A stretch of DNA of 64,000 nucleotides from Auanema rhodensis. Taxonomy: Eukaryota; Animalia; Nematoda. This document shows, piece after piece, positions 1 through 12,163 of the stretch (positions are counted from its first letter, which is position 1; each line of letters begins with the position of its first letter). Made by a program: the position numbers and the translations under genes. The notes under the pieces were generated by a model. The model had not been told where the DNA came from, ran no database searches, and saw only the letters and a list, made by a program, of their open reading frames with translations. The stretch covers positions 10,540,001 through 10,604,000 of the forward strand of contig OZ059897.1 in assembly GCA_964057225.1 (NCBI GenBank), read 5' to 3'.

Positions 1-229
1 TTATTGCTTGCTTGTCATGTTAGATTTCTTTAATTTGAATACTTATTCAAGTTATAACAATTTTCGATTTAATCACGTTCAATCAACTGTATTGTTTTCA
101 AAAATAAAGACAAAATTCAATTTCTGTTCATTGAATTAGAATTTTCATGTTGTCACACAGAAATTGAAGAATCTTAGTTCATTTCAGTAACAATGAACAC
201 ACTAGCTTTGTTAAGTTGTTGTAATATTG

Positions 230-301
230 GCCCAAGTAGTATAGTGGTTAGTACTCCACGTTGTGGCCGTGGCGACACAGATTCGATTCCTGTCTTGGGC
301 A
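230..301 (+). pseudogene. tRNA-His(GTG) variant with G53A only (B-box and T-stem defect); representative of the class also at 5543, 36991, 38983, 43297, 44293, 45621
   Basis: ACAGATTCGA instead of ACAGGTTCGA breaks the invariant G53-C61 pair. Confidence 0.7.
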
Positions 302-561
302 TTTTTTGTTTTGAAATTAAAATGCTACAAAATTATTGCTTGCTTGTCATGTTAGATTTCTTTAATTTGAATACTTATTTAAGTTATAACAATTTTCGAT
401 TTAATCACGTTCAATCAACTGTATTGTTTTCAAAAATAAAGACAAAATTCAATTTCTGTTCATTGAATTAGAATTTTCATGTTGTCACACAGAAATTGAA
501 GAATCTTAGTTCCATTCAGTAACAATGAACACACTAACTTTGTTAAGTTGTTGTAATATCG

Positions 562-633
562 GCCCAATTAATATAGTGGTTAGTACTCCACGTTGTGGCC
601 GTGGCGACACAGATTCGATTCCTGTTTTGGGCA
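562..633 (+). pseudogene. tRNA-His pseudogene class G7T/G10A/G53A/C66T (also 3882, 4547, 5211, 5875, 44957, 46950)
   Basis: GCCCAATTAATAT...ACAGATTCG...TGTTTTGGGC gives T7:T66, A10:C25 and A53:C61 mismatches. Confidence 0.85.
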
Positions 634-893
634 TTTTTTGTTTTGAAATTTAAATGCTATAAATTTATTGCTTGCTTGTCATGTTAGATTTCTTTAATTT
701 GAATACTTATTCAAGTTATAACAATTTTCGATTTAATCACGTTCAATCAACTGTATTGTTTTCAAAAATAAAGACAAAATTCAATTTCTGTTCATTGAAT
801 TAGAATTTTCATGTTGTCACACAGAAATTGAAGAATCTTAGTTCATTTCAGTAACAATGAACACACTAGCTTTGTTAAGTTGTTGTAATATTG

Positions 894-965
894 GCCCAAG
901 TAGTATAGTGGTTAGTACTCCACGTTGTGGCCGTGGCGACACAGGTTCGATTCCTGTCTTGGGCA
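894..965 (+). tRNA. tRNA-His(GTG), canonical copy
   Basis: GCCCAAG TA GTAT AGTGGTTA GTAC T CCACG TTGTGGC CGTGG CGAC ACAGG TTCGATT CCTGT CTTGGGC A. It has a 7-bp acceptor stem, D arm, 5-bp anticodon stem with GTG, T arm with GGTTCGA, A73 discriminator, no encoded CCA, and is followed by TTTTTT. Confidence 0.96.
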
Positions 966-976
966 TTTTTTGTTTT
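966..976 (+). terminator. RNA polymerase III terminator (T6 plus back-up T4); representative, present in nearly every monomer
   Basis: TTTTTTGTTTT directly after A73. Confidence 0.9.
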
Positions 977-1225
977 GAAATTGAAATGCTATAAAATTAT
1001 TGCTTGCTTGTCTTGTTAGATTTCTTTAATTTGAATACTTATTCAAGTTATAACAATTTTCGATTTAATCACGTTCAATCAACTGTATTGTTTTCAAAAA
1101 TAAAGACAAAATTCAATTTCTGTTCATTGAATTAGAATTTTCATGTTGTCACACAGAAATTGAAGAATCTTAGTTCAATTCAGTAACAATGAACACACTA
1201 ACTTTGTTAAGTTGTTGTAATATTG

Positions 1226-1297
1226 GCCCAAGTAATATAGTGGTTAGTACTCCACGTTGTGGCCGTGGCGACACAGATTCGATTCCTGTCTTGGACA
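1226..1297 (+). pseudogene. tRNA-His pseudogene, dominant class G10A/G53A/G71A (representative of the most common monomer)
   Basis: GCCCAAGTAATAT...ACAGATTCG...CTTGGACA gives A10:C25, A53:C61 and C2:A71 mismatches; both the A-box and the B-box are hit. Confidence 0.85.
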
Positions 1298-1889
1298 TTT
1301 TTTGTTTTGAAATTAAAATGCTATAAACATATTGCTTGCTTGTCATGTTAGATTTCTTTAATTTGAATACTTATTCAAGTTATAACAATTTTCGATTTAA
1401 TCACGTTCAATTAACTGTATTGTTTTCAAAAATAAAGACAAAATTCAATTTCTGTTCATTGAATTAGAATTTTCATGTTGTCACACAGAAATTGAAGAAT
1501 CTTAGTTCAATTCAGTAACAATGAACACACTAACTTTGTTAAGTTGTTGTAATATCGGCCCAAGTAATATAGTGGTTAGTACTCCACGTTGTGGCCGTGG
1601 CGACACAGATTCGATTCCTGTCTTGGACATTTTTTGTTTTGAAATTAAAATGCTATAAACATATTGCTTGCTTGTCATGTTAGATTTCTTTAATTTAAAT
1701 ACATATTTAAGTTCTAACAATTTTTGATTTAATCACGTTCAATTAACTGTATTGTTTTCAAAAATAAAGACAAAATTCAATTTCTGTTCATTGAATTAGA
1801 ATTTTCATGTTGTCACACAGAAATTGAAGAATCTTAGTTCATTTCAGTAACAATGAACACACTAGCTTTGTTAAGTTGTTGTAATATTG

Positions 1890-1961
1890 GCCCAAGTAGT
1901 ATAGTGGTTAGTACTCCACGTTGTGGCCGTGGCGACACAGGTTCGATTCCTGTCTTGGGCA
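1890..1961 (+). tRNA. tRNA-His(GTG), canonical copy
   Basis: Identical to 894-965. Confidence 0.93.
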
Positions 1962-3217
1962 TTTTTTGTTTTGAAATTGAAATGCTATAAAATTATTGCT
2001 TGCTTGTCTTGTTAGATTTCTTTAATTTGAATACTTATTCAAGTTATAACAATTTTCGATTTAATCACGTTCAATCAACTGTATTGTTTTCAAAAATAAA
2101 GACAAAATTCAATTTCTGTTCATTGAATTAGAATTTTCATGTTGTCACACAGAAATTGAAGAATCTTAGTTCAATTCAGTAACAATGAACACACTAACTT
2201 TGTTAAGTTGTTGTAATATTGGCCCAAGTAATATAGTGGTTAGTACTCCACGTTGTGGCCGTGGCGACACAGATTCGATTCCTGTCTTGGACATTTTTTG
2301 TTTTGAAATTAAAATGCTATAAACATATTGCTTGCTTGTCATGTTAGATTTCTTTAATTTAAATACATATTTAAGTTCTAACAATTTTTGATTTAATCAC
2401 GTTCAATTAACTGTATTGTTTTCAAAAATAAAGACAAAATTCAATTTCTGTTCATTGAATTAGAATTTTCATGTTGTCACACAGAAATTGAAGAATCTTA
2501 GTTCAATTCAGTAACAATGAACACACTAACTTTGTTAAGTTGTTGTAATATCGGCCCAAGTAATATAGTGGTTAGTACTCCACGTTGTGGCCGTGGCGAC
2601 ACAGATTCGATTCCTGTCTTGGGCATTTTTTGTTTTGAAATTAAAATGCTACAAAATTATTGCTTGCTTGTCATGTTAGATTTCTTTAATTTGAATACTT
2701 ATTTAAGTTCTAACAATTTTTGATTTAATCACGTTCAATTAACTGTATTGTTTTCAAAAATAAAGACAAAATTCAATTTCTGTTCATTGAATTAGAATTA
2801 TCATGTTGTCACACAGAAATTGAAGAATCTTGGTTCATTTCAGTAACAATGAACACAATAACTTTGTTTAGTTGTTGTAATATCGGCCCAAGTAATATAG
2901 TGGTTAGTACTCCACGTTGTGGCCGTGGCGACACAGATTCGATTCCTGTCTTGGACATTTTTTGTTTTGAAATTAAAATGCTATAAACATATTGCTTGCT
3001 TGTCATGTTAGATTTCTTTAATTCAAATACATATTTAAGTTCTAACAATTTTTGATTTAATCACGTTCAATTAACTGTATTGTTTTCAAAAATAAAGACA
3101 AAATTCAATTTCTGTTCATTGAATTAGAATTATCATGTTGTCACACAGAAATTGAAGAATCTTAGTTCATTTCAGTAACAATGAACACAATAACTTTGTT
3201 TAGTTGTTGTAATATCG

Positions 3218-3289
3218 GCCCAAGTAGTATAGTGGTTAGTACTCCACGTTGTGGCCGTGGCGACACAGGTTCGATTCCTGTCTTGGGCA
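3218..3289 (+). tRNA. tRNA-His(GTG), canonical copy
   Basis: Identical to 894-965. Confidence 0.93.
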
Positions 3290-4214
3290 TTTTTTGTTTT
3301 GAAATTTAAATGCTAAAAAATTATTGCTTGCTTGTCATGTTAGATTTCTTTAATTTGAATACTTATTCAAGTTATAACAATTTTCGATTTAATCACGTTC
3401 AATTAACTCTATTGTTTTCAAAAATAAAGACAAAATTCAATTTCTGTTCATTGAATTAGAATTATCATGTTGTCACACAGAAATTGAAGAATCTTAGTTC
3501 ATTTCAGTAACAATGAACACACTAACTTTGTTAAGTTGTTGTAATATCGGCCCAAGTAATATAGTGGTTAGTACTCCACGTTGTGGCCGTGGCGACACAG
3601 ATTCGATTCCTGTCTTGGACATTTTTTGTTTTGAAATTAAAATGCTACAAAATTATTGCTTGCTTGTCATGTTAGATTTCTTTAATTTGAATACTTATTT
3701 AAGTTATAACAATTTTCGATTTAATCACGTTCAATCAACTGTATTGTTTTCAAAAATTAAGACAAAATTCAATTTCTGTTCATTGAATTAGAATTTTCAT
3801 GTTGTCACACAGAAATTGAAGAATCTTCGTTCAATTCAGTAACAATGAACACACTAACTTTGTTAAGTTGTTGTAATATCGGCCCAATTAATATAGTGGT
3901 TAGTACTCCACGTTGTGGCCGTGGCGACACAGATTCGATTCCTGTTTTGGGCATTTTTTGTTTTGAAATTTAAATGCTATAAAATTATTGCTTGCTTGTC
4001 ATGTTAGATTTTTTTTAATTCGAATACTTATTCAAGTTATAACAATTTTCGATTTAATCACGTTCAATCAACTGTATTGTTTTCAAAAATAAAGACATCT
4101 TTCAATTTCTGGTCATTGAATTAGAATTTTCATGTTGTCACACAGAAATTGAAGAATCTCAGTTCATTTCAGTAACAATGAACACACTAACTTTGTTAAG
4201 TTGTTGTAATATCG

Positions 4215-4286
4215 GCCCAAGTAGTATAGTGGTTAGTACTCCACGTTGTGGCCGTGGCGACACAGGTTCGATTCCTGTCTTGGGCA
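4215..4286 (+). tRNA. tRNA-His(GTG), canonical copy
   Basis: Identical to 894-965. Confidence 0.93.
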
Positions 4287-4878
4287 TTTTTTGTTTTGAA
4301 ATTAAAATGCTATAAAATTATTGCTTGCTTGTCTTGTTAGATTTCTTTAATTTGAATACTTATTCAAGTTATAACAATTTTCAATTTAATCACGTTCAAT
4401 CAACTGTATTGTTCTCAAAAATAAAGACAAAATTCAATTTCTGTTCATTGAATTAGAATTTTCATGTTGTCACACAGAAATTGAAGAATCTTAGTTCAAT
4501 TCAGTAACAATGAACACACTAACTTTGTTAAGTTGTTGTAATATCGGCCCAATTAATATAGTGGTTAGTACTCCACGTTGTGGCCGTGGCGACACAGATT
4601 CGATTCTTGTTTTGGGCATTTTTTGTTTTGAAATTTAAATGCTATAAATTTATTGCTTGCTTGTCATGTTAGATTTCTTTAATTTGAATACTTATTCAAG
4701 TTATAACAATTTTCGATTTAATCACGTTCAATCAACTGTATTGTTTTCAAAAATAAAGACAAAATTCAATTTCTGTTCATTGAATTAGAATTTTCATGTT
4801 GTCACACAGAAATTGAAGAATCTTAGTTCATTTCAGTAACAATGAACACACTAGCTTTGTTAAGTTGTTGTAATATTG

Positions 4879-4950
4879 GCCCAAGTAGTATAGTGGTTAG
4901 TACTCCACGTTGTGGCCGTGGCGACACAGGTTCGATTCCTGTCTTGGGCA
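4879..4950 (+). tRNA. tRNA-His(GTG), canonical copy
   Basis: Identical to 894-965. Confidence 0.93.
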
Positions 4951-6206
4951 TTTTTTGTTTTGAAATTGAAATGCTATAAAATTATTGCTTGCTTGTCTTG
5001 TTAGATTTCTTTAATTTGAATACTTATTCAAGTTATAACAATTTTCGATTTAATCACGTTCAATCAACTGTATTGTTTTCAAAAATAAAGACAAAATTCA
5101 ATTTCTGTTCATTGAATTAGAATTTTCATGTTGTCACACAGAAATTGAAGAATCTTCGTTCAATTCAGTAACAATGAACACACTAACTTTGTTAAGTTGT
5201 TGTAATATCGGCCCAATTAATATAGTGGTTAGTACTCCACGTTGTGGCCGTGGCGACACAGATTCGATTCCTGTTTTGGGCATTTTTTGTTTTGAAATTT
5301 AAATGCTATAAATTTATTGCTTGCTTGTCATGTTAGATTTCTTTAATTTGAATACTTATTCAAGTTATAACAATTTTCGATTTAATCACGTTCAATCAAC
5401 TGTATTGTTTTCAAAAATAAAGACAAAATTCAATTTCTGTTCATTGAATTAGAATTTTCATGTTGTCACACAGAAATTGAAGAATCTTAGTTCATTTCAG
5501 TAACAATGAACACACTAGCTTTGTTAAGTTGTTGTAATATTGGCCCAAGTAGTATAGTGGTTAGTACTCCACGTTGTGGCCGTGGCGACACAGATTCGAT
5601 TCCTGTCTTGGGCATTTTTTGTTTTGAAATTAAAATGCTACAAAATTATTGCTTGCTTGTCATGTTAGATTTCTTTAATTTGAATACTTATTTAAGTTAT
5701 AACAATTTTCGATTTAATCACGTTCAATCAACTGTATTGTTTTCAAAAATAAAGACAAAATTCAATTTCTGTTCATTGAATTAGAATTTTCATGTTGTCA
5801 CACAGAAATTGAAGAATCTTAGTTCCATTCAGTAACAATGAACACACTAACTTTGTTAAGTTGTTGTAATATCGGCCCAATTAATATAGTGGTTAGTACT
5901 CCACGTTGTGGCCGTGGCGACACAGATTCGATTCCTGTTTTGGGCATTTTTTGTTTTGAAATTTAAATGCTATAAATTTATTGCTTGCTTGTCATGTTAG
6001 ATTTCTTTAATTTGAATACTTATTCAAGTTATAACAATTTTCGATTTAATCACGTTCAATCAACTGTATTGTTTTCAAAAATAAAGACAAAATTCAATTT
6101 CTGTTCATTGAATTAGAATTTTCATGTTGTCACACAGAAATTGAAGAATCTTAGTTCATTTCAGTAACAATGAACACACTATCTTTGTTAAGTTGTTGTA
6201 ATATTG

Positions 6207-6278
6207 GCCCAAGTAGTATAGTGGTTAGTACTCCACGTTGTGGCCGTGGCGACACAGGTTCGATTCCTGTCTTGGGCA
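6207..6278 (+). tRNA. tRNA-His(GTG), canonical copy
   Basis: Identical to 894-965. Confidence 0.93.
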
Positions 6279-7202
6279 TTTTTTGTTTTGAAATTGAAAT
6301 GCTATAAAATTATTGCTTGCTTGTCTTGTTAGATTTCTTTAATTTGAATACTTATTCAAGTTATAACAATTTTCGATTTAATCACGTTCAATCAACTGTA
6401 TTGTTTTCAAAAATAAAGACAAAATTCAATTTCTGTTCATTGAATTAGAATTTTCATGTTGTCACACAGAAATTGAAGAATCTTAGTTCAATTCAGTAAC
6501 AATGAACACACTAACTTTGTTAAGTTGTTGTAATATTGGCCCAAGTAATATAGTGGTTAGTACTCCACGTTGTGGCCGTGGCGACACAGATTCGATTCCT
6601 GTCTTGGACATTTTTTGTTTTGAAATTAAAATGCTATAAACATATTGCTTGCTTGTCATGTTAGATTTCTTTAATTTGAATACTTATTCAAGTTATAACA
6701 ATTTTCGATTTAATCACGTTCAATTAACTGTATTGTTTTCAAAAATAAAGACAAAATTCAATTTCTGTTCATTGAATTAGAATTTTCATGTTGTCACACA
6801 GAAATTGAAGAATCTTAGTTCAATTCAGTAACAATGAACACACTAACTTTGTTAAGTTGTTGTAATATCGGCCCAAGTAATATAGTGGTTAGTACTCCAC
6901 GTTGTGGCCGTGGCGACACAGATTCGATTCCTGTCTTGGACATTTTTTGTTTTGAAATTAAAATGCTATAAACATATTGCTTGCTTGTCATGTTAGATTT
7001 CTTTAATTTAAATACATATTTAAGTTCTAACAATTTTTGATTTAATCACGTTCAATTAACTGTATTGTTTTCAAAAATAAAGACAAAATTCAATTTCTGT
7101 TCATTGAATTAGAATTTTCATGTTGTCACACAGAAATTGAAGAATCTTAGTTCATTTCAGTAACAATGAACACACTAGCTTTGTTAAGTTGTTGTAATAT
7201 TG

Positions 7203-7274
7203 GCCCAAGTAGTATAGTGGTTAGTACTCCACGTTGTGGCCGTGGCGACACAGGTTCGATTCCTGTCTTGGGCA
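7203..7274 (+). tRNA. tRNA-His(GTG), canonical copy
   Basis: Identical to 894-965. Confidence 0.93.
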
Positions 7275-8530
7275 TTTTTTGTTTTGAAATTGAAATGCTA
7301 TAAAATTATTGCTTGCTTGTCTTGTTAGATTTCTTTAATTTGAATACTTATTCAAGTTATAACAATTTTCGATTTAATCACGTTCAATCAACTGTATTGT
7401 TTTCAAAAATAAAGACAAAATTCAATTTCTGTTCATTGAATTAGAATTTTCATGTTGTCACACAGAAATTGAAGAATCTTAGTTCAATTCAGTAACAATG
7501 AACACACTAACTTTGTTAAGTTGTTGTAATATTGGCCCAAGTAATATAGTGGTTAGTACTCCACGTTGTGGCCGTGGCGACACAGATTCGATTCCTGTCT
7601 TGGACATTTTTTGTTTTGAAATTAAAATGCTATAAACATATTGCTTGCTTGTCATGTTAGATTTCTTTAATTTAAATACATATTTAAGTTCTAACAATTT
7701 TTGATTTAATCACGTTCAATTAACTGTATTGTTTTCAAAAATAAAGACAAAATTCAATTTCTGTTCATTGAATTAGAATTTTCATGTTGTCACACAGAAA
7801 TTGAAGAATCTTAGTTCAATTCAGTAACAATGAACACACTAACTTTGTTAAGTTGTTGTAATATCGGCCCAAGTAATATAGTGGTTAGTACTCCACGTTG
7901 TGGCCGTGGCGACACAGATTCGATTCCTGTCTTGGGCATTTTTTGTTTTGAAATTAAAATGCTACAAAATTATTGCTTGCTTGTCATGTTAGATTTCTTT
8001 AATTTGAATACTTATTTAAGTTCTAACAATTTTTGATTTAATCACGTTCAATTAACTGTATTGTTTTCAAAAATAAAGACAAAATTCAATTTCTGTTCAT
8101 TGAATTAGAATTATCATGTTGTCACACAGAAATTGAAGAATCTTAGTTCATTTCAGTAACAATGAACACAATAACTTTGTTTAGTTGTTGTAATATCGGC
8201 CCAAGTAATATAGTGGTTAGTACTCCACGTTGTGGCCGTGGCGACACAGATTCGATTCCTGTCTTGGACATTTTTTGTTTTGAAATTAAAATGCTATAAA
8301 CATATTGCTTGCTTGTCATGTTAGATTTCTTTAATTCAAATACATATTTAAGTTCTAACAATTTTTGATTTAATCACGTTCAATTAACTGTATTGTTTTC
8401 AAAAATAAAGACAAAATTCAATTTCTGTTCATTGAATTAGAATTATCATGTTGTCACACAGAAATTGAAGAATCTTAGTTCATTTCAGTAACAATGAACA
8501 CAATAACTTTGTTTAGTTGTTGTAATATCG

Positions 8531-8602
8531 GCCCAAGTAGTATAGTGGTTAGTACTCCACGTTGTGGCCGTGGCGACACAGGTTCGATTCCTGTCTTGGG
8601 CA
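8531..8602 (+). tRNA. tRNA-His(GTG), canonical copy
   Basis: Identical to 894-965. Confidence 0.93.
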
Positions 8603-9526
8603 TTTTTTGTTTTGAAATTTAAATGCTATAAAATTATTGCTTGCTTGTCATGTTAGATTTCTTTAATTTGAATACTTATTCAAGTTATAACAATTTTCGA
8701 TTTAATCACGTTCAATTAACTCTATTGTTTTCAAAAATAAAGACAAAATTCAATTTCTGTTCATTGAATTAGAATTATCATGTTGTCACACAGAAATTGA
8801 AGAATCTTAGTTCATTTCAGTAACAATGAACACACTAACTTTGTTAAGTTGTTGTAATATCGGCCCAAGTAATATAGTGGTTAGTACTCCACGTTGTGGC
8901 CGTGGCGACACAGATTCGATTCCTGTCTTGGACATTTTTTGTTTTGAAATTAAAATGCTACAAAATTATTGCTTGCTTGTCATGTTAGATTTCTTTAATT
9001 TGAATACTTATTTAAGTTATAACAATTTTCGATTTAATCACGTTCAATCAACTGTATTGTTTTCAAAAATTAAGACAAAATTCAATTTCTGTTCATTGAA
9101 TTAGAATTTTCATGTTGTCACACAGAAATTGAAGAATCTTAGTTTAATTCAGTAACAATGAACACACTAACTTTGTTAAGTTGTTGTAATATCGGCCCAA
9201 GTAATATAGTGGTTAGTACTCCACGTTGTGGCCGTGGCGACACAGATTCGATTCCTGTCTTGGACATTTTTTGTTTTGAAATTAAAATGCTATAAACATA
9301 TTGCTTGCTTGTCATGTTAGATTTCTTTAATTCAAATACATATTTAAGTTCTAACAATTTTTGATTTAATCACGTTCAATTAACTGTATTGTTTTCAAAA
9401 ATAAAGACATCTTTCAATTTCTGGTCATTGAATTAGAATTTTCATGTTGTCACACAGAAATTGAAAAATCTTAGTTCATTTCAGTAACAATGAACACACT
9501 AACTTTGTTAAGTTGTTGTAATATTG

Positions 9527-9598
9527 GCCCAAGTAGTATAGTGGTTAGTACTCCACGTTGTGGCCGTGGCGACACAGGTTCGATTCCTGTCTTGGGCA
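9527..9598 (+). tRNA. tRNA-His(GTG), canonical copy
   Basis: Identical to 894-965. Confidence 0.93.
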
Positions 9599-12091
9599 TT
9601 TTTTGTTTTGAAATTAAAATGCTATAAAATTATTGCTTGCTTGTCTTGTTAGATTTCTTTAATTTGAATACTTATTCAAGTTATAACAATTTTCGATTTA
9701 ATCACGTTCAATCAACTGTATTGTTTTCAAAAATAAAGACAAAATTCAATTTCTGTTCATTGAATTAGAATTTTCATGTTGTCACACAGAAATTGAAGAA
9801 TCTTAGTTTAATTCAGTAACAATGAACACACTAACTTTGTTAAGTTGTTGTAATATCGGCCCAAGTAATATAGTGGTTAGTACTCCACGTTGTGGCCGTG
9901 GCGACACAGATTCGATTCCTGTCTTGGACATTTTTTCTTTTGAAATTAAAATGCTATAAACATATTGCTTGCTTGTCATGTTTCTTTCAATTTCTGCTCA
10001 TTGAATTAGAATTTTCATGTTGTCACACAGAAATTGAAAAATCTTAGTTCATTTCAGTAACAATGAACACACTAACTTTGTTAAGTTGTTGTAATATTGG
10101 CCCAAGTAGTATAGTGGTTAGTACTCCACGTTGTGGCCGAGGCGACACAGGTTCGATTCCTGTCTTGGGCATTTTTTGTTTTGAAATTAAAATGCTATAA
10201 AATTATTGCTTGCTTGTCTTGTTAGATTTCTTTAATTTGAATACTTATTCAAGTTATAACAATTTTCGATTTAATCACGTTCAATCAACTGTATTGTTTT
10301 CAAAAATAAAGACAAAATTCAATTTCTGTTCATTGAATTAGAATTTTCATGTTGTCACACAGAAATTGAAGAATCTTAGTTTAATTCAGTAACAATGAAC
10401 ACACTAACTTTGTTAAGTTGTTGTAATATCGGCCCAAGTAATATAGTGGTTAGTACTCCACGTTGTGGCCGTGGCGACACAGATTCGATTCCTGTCTTGG
10501 ACATTTTTTCTTTTGAAATTAAAATGCTATAAACATATTGCTTGCTTGTCATGTTAGATTTCTTTAAATCAAATACATATTTAAGTTCTAACAATTTTTG
10601 ATTTAATCACGTTCAATTAACTGTATTGTTTTCAAAAATAAAGACAAAATTCAATTTCTGTTCATTGAATTAGAATTTTCATGTTGTCACACAGAAATTG
10701 AAGAATCTTAGTTCATTTCAGTAACAATGAACACAATAACTTTGTTTAGTTGTTGTAATATCGGCCCAAGTAGTATAGTGATTAGTACTCCACGTTGTGG
10801 CGGTGTCGACACAGGTTCGATTCCTGTCTTGGGCATTTTTTGTTTTGAAATTTAAATGCTATAAAATTATTGCTTGCTTGTCATGTTAGATTTCTTTAAT
10901 TTGAATACTTATTCAAGTTATAACAATTTTCGATTTAATCACGTTCAATCAACTGTATTGTTTTCAAAAATAAAGACAAAATTCAATTTCTGTTCATTGA
11001 ATTAGAATTTTCATGTTGTCACACAGAAATTGAAGAATCTTAGTTCAATTCAGTAACAATAAACACACTAACTTTGTTAAGTTGTTGTAATATCGGCCCA
11101 AGTAATATAGTGGTTAGTACTCCACGTTGTGGCCGTGGCGACACAGATTCGATTCCTGTCTTGGACATTTTTTGTTTTGAAATTAAAATGCTATAAACAT
11201 ATTGCTTGCTTGTCATGTTAGATTTCTTTAATTCAAATACATATTTAAGTTCTAACAATTTTTGATTTAATCACGTTCAATTAACTGTATTGTTTTCAAA
11301 AATAAAGACATCTTTCAATTTCTGGTCATTGAATTAGAATTTTCATGTTGTCACACAGAAATTGAAGAATCTTAGTTTAATTCAGTAACAATGAACACAC
11401 TAACTTTGTTAAGTTGTTGTAATATCGGCCCAAGTAATATAGTGGTTAGTACTCCACGTTGTGGCCGTGGCGACACAGATTCGATTCCTGTCTTGGACAT
11501 TTTTTGTTTTGAAATTAAAATGCTACAAAATTATTGCTTGCTTGTCATGTTAGATTTCTTTAATTTGAATACTTATTTAAGTTATAACAATTTTCGACTT
11601 AATCACGTTCAATCAACTGTATTGTTTTCAAAAATGAAGACAAAATTCAATTTCTGTTCATTGAATTAGAATTTTCATGTTGTCACACAGAAATTGAAGA
11701 ATCTTAGTTTAATTCAGTAACAATGAACACACTAACTTTGTTAAGTTGTTGTAATATCGGCCCAAGTAATATAGTGGTTAGTACTCCACGTTGTGGCCGT
11801 GGCGACACAGATTCGATTCCTGTCTTGGACATTTTTTGTTTTGAAATTAAAATGCTATAAACATATTGCTTGCTTGTCATGTTAGATTTCTTTAATTCAA
11901 ATACATATTTAAGTTCTAACAATTTTTGATTTAATCACGTTCAATTAACTGTATTGTTTTCAAAAATAAAGACAAAATTCAATTTCTGTTCATTGAATTA
12001 GAATTATCATGTTGTCACACAGAAATTGAAGAATCTTAGTTCATTTCAGTAACAATGAACACAATAACTTTGTTTAGTTGTTGTAATATCG

Positions 12092-12163
12092 GCCCAAGTA
12101 GTATAGTGGTTAGTACTCCACGTTGTGGCCGTGGCGACACAGGTTCGATTCCTGTCTTGGGCA
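12092..12163 (+). tRNA. tRNA-His(GTG), canonical copy
   Basis: Identical to 894-965. Confidence 0.93.

Larger units (their letters stand above)
1..9130 (+). repeat. 16-monomer higher-order duplication (period 5313 bp); boundaries approximate
   Basis: The variant pattern recurs at +5313 (ORF-track pairs 193/5506, 1502/6815, 2517/7830, 3513/8826). Confidence 0.88.

Noticed and set aside
230-561. tRNA-derived SINE interpretation of the monomer
   Set aside because: The tRNA is full-length with an immediate T6 terminator. There is no poly(A) tail, LINE-like 3' end or per-copy TSD, and copies are tandem rather than dispersed.
9131-9205. Resemblance of GTTTAATT and CCCAAGT to the nematode SL1 leader (SL RNA/5S repeat)
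   Set aside because: The two short matches are ~45 bp apart and the second belongs to the tRNA acceptor stem. There is no contiguous 22-nt leader and no 5S sequence.
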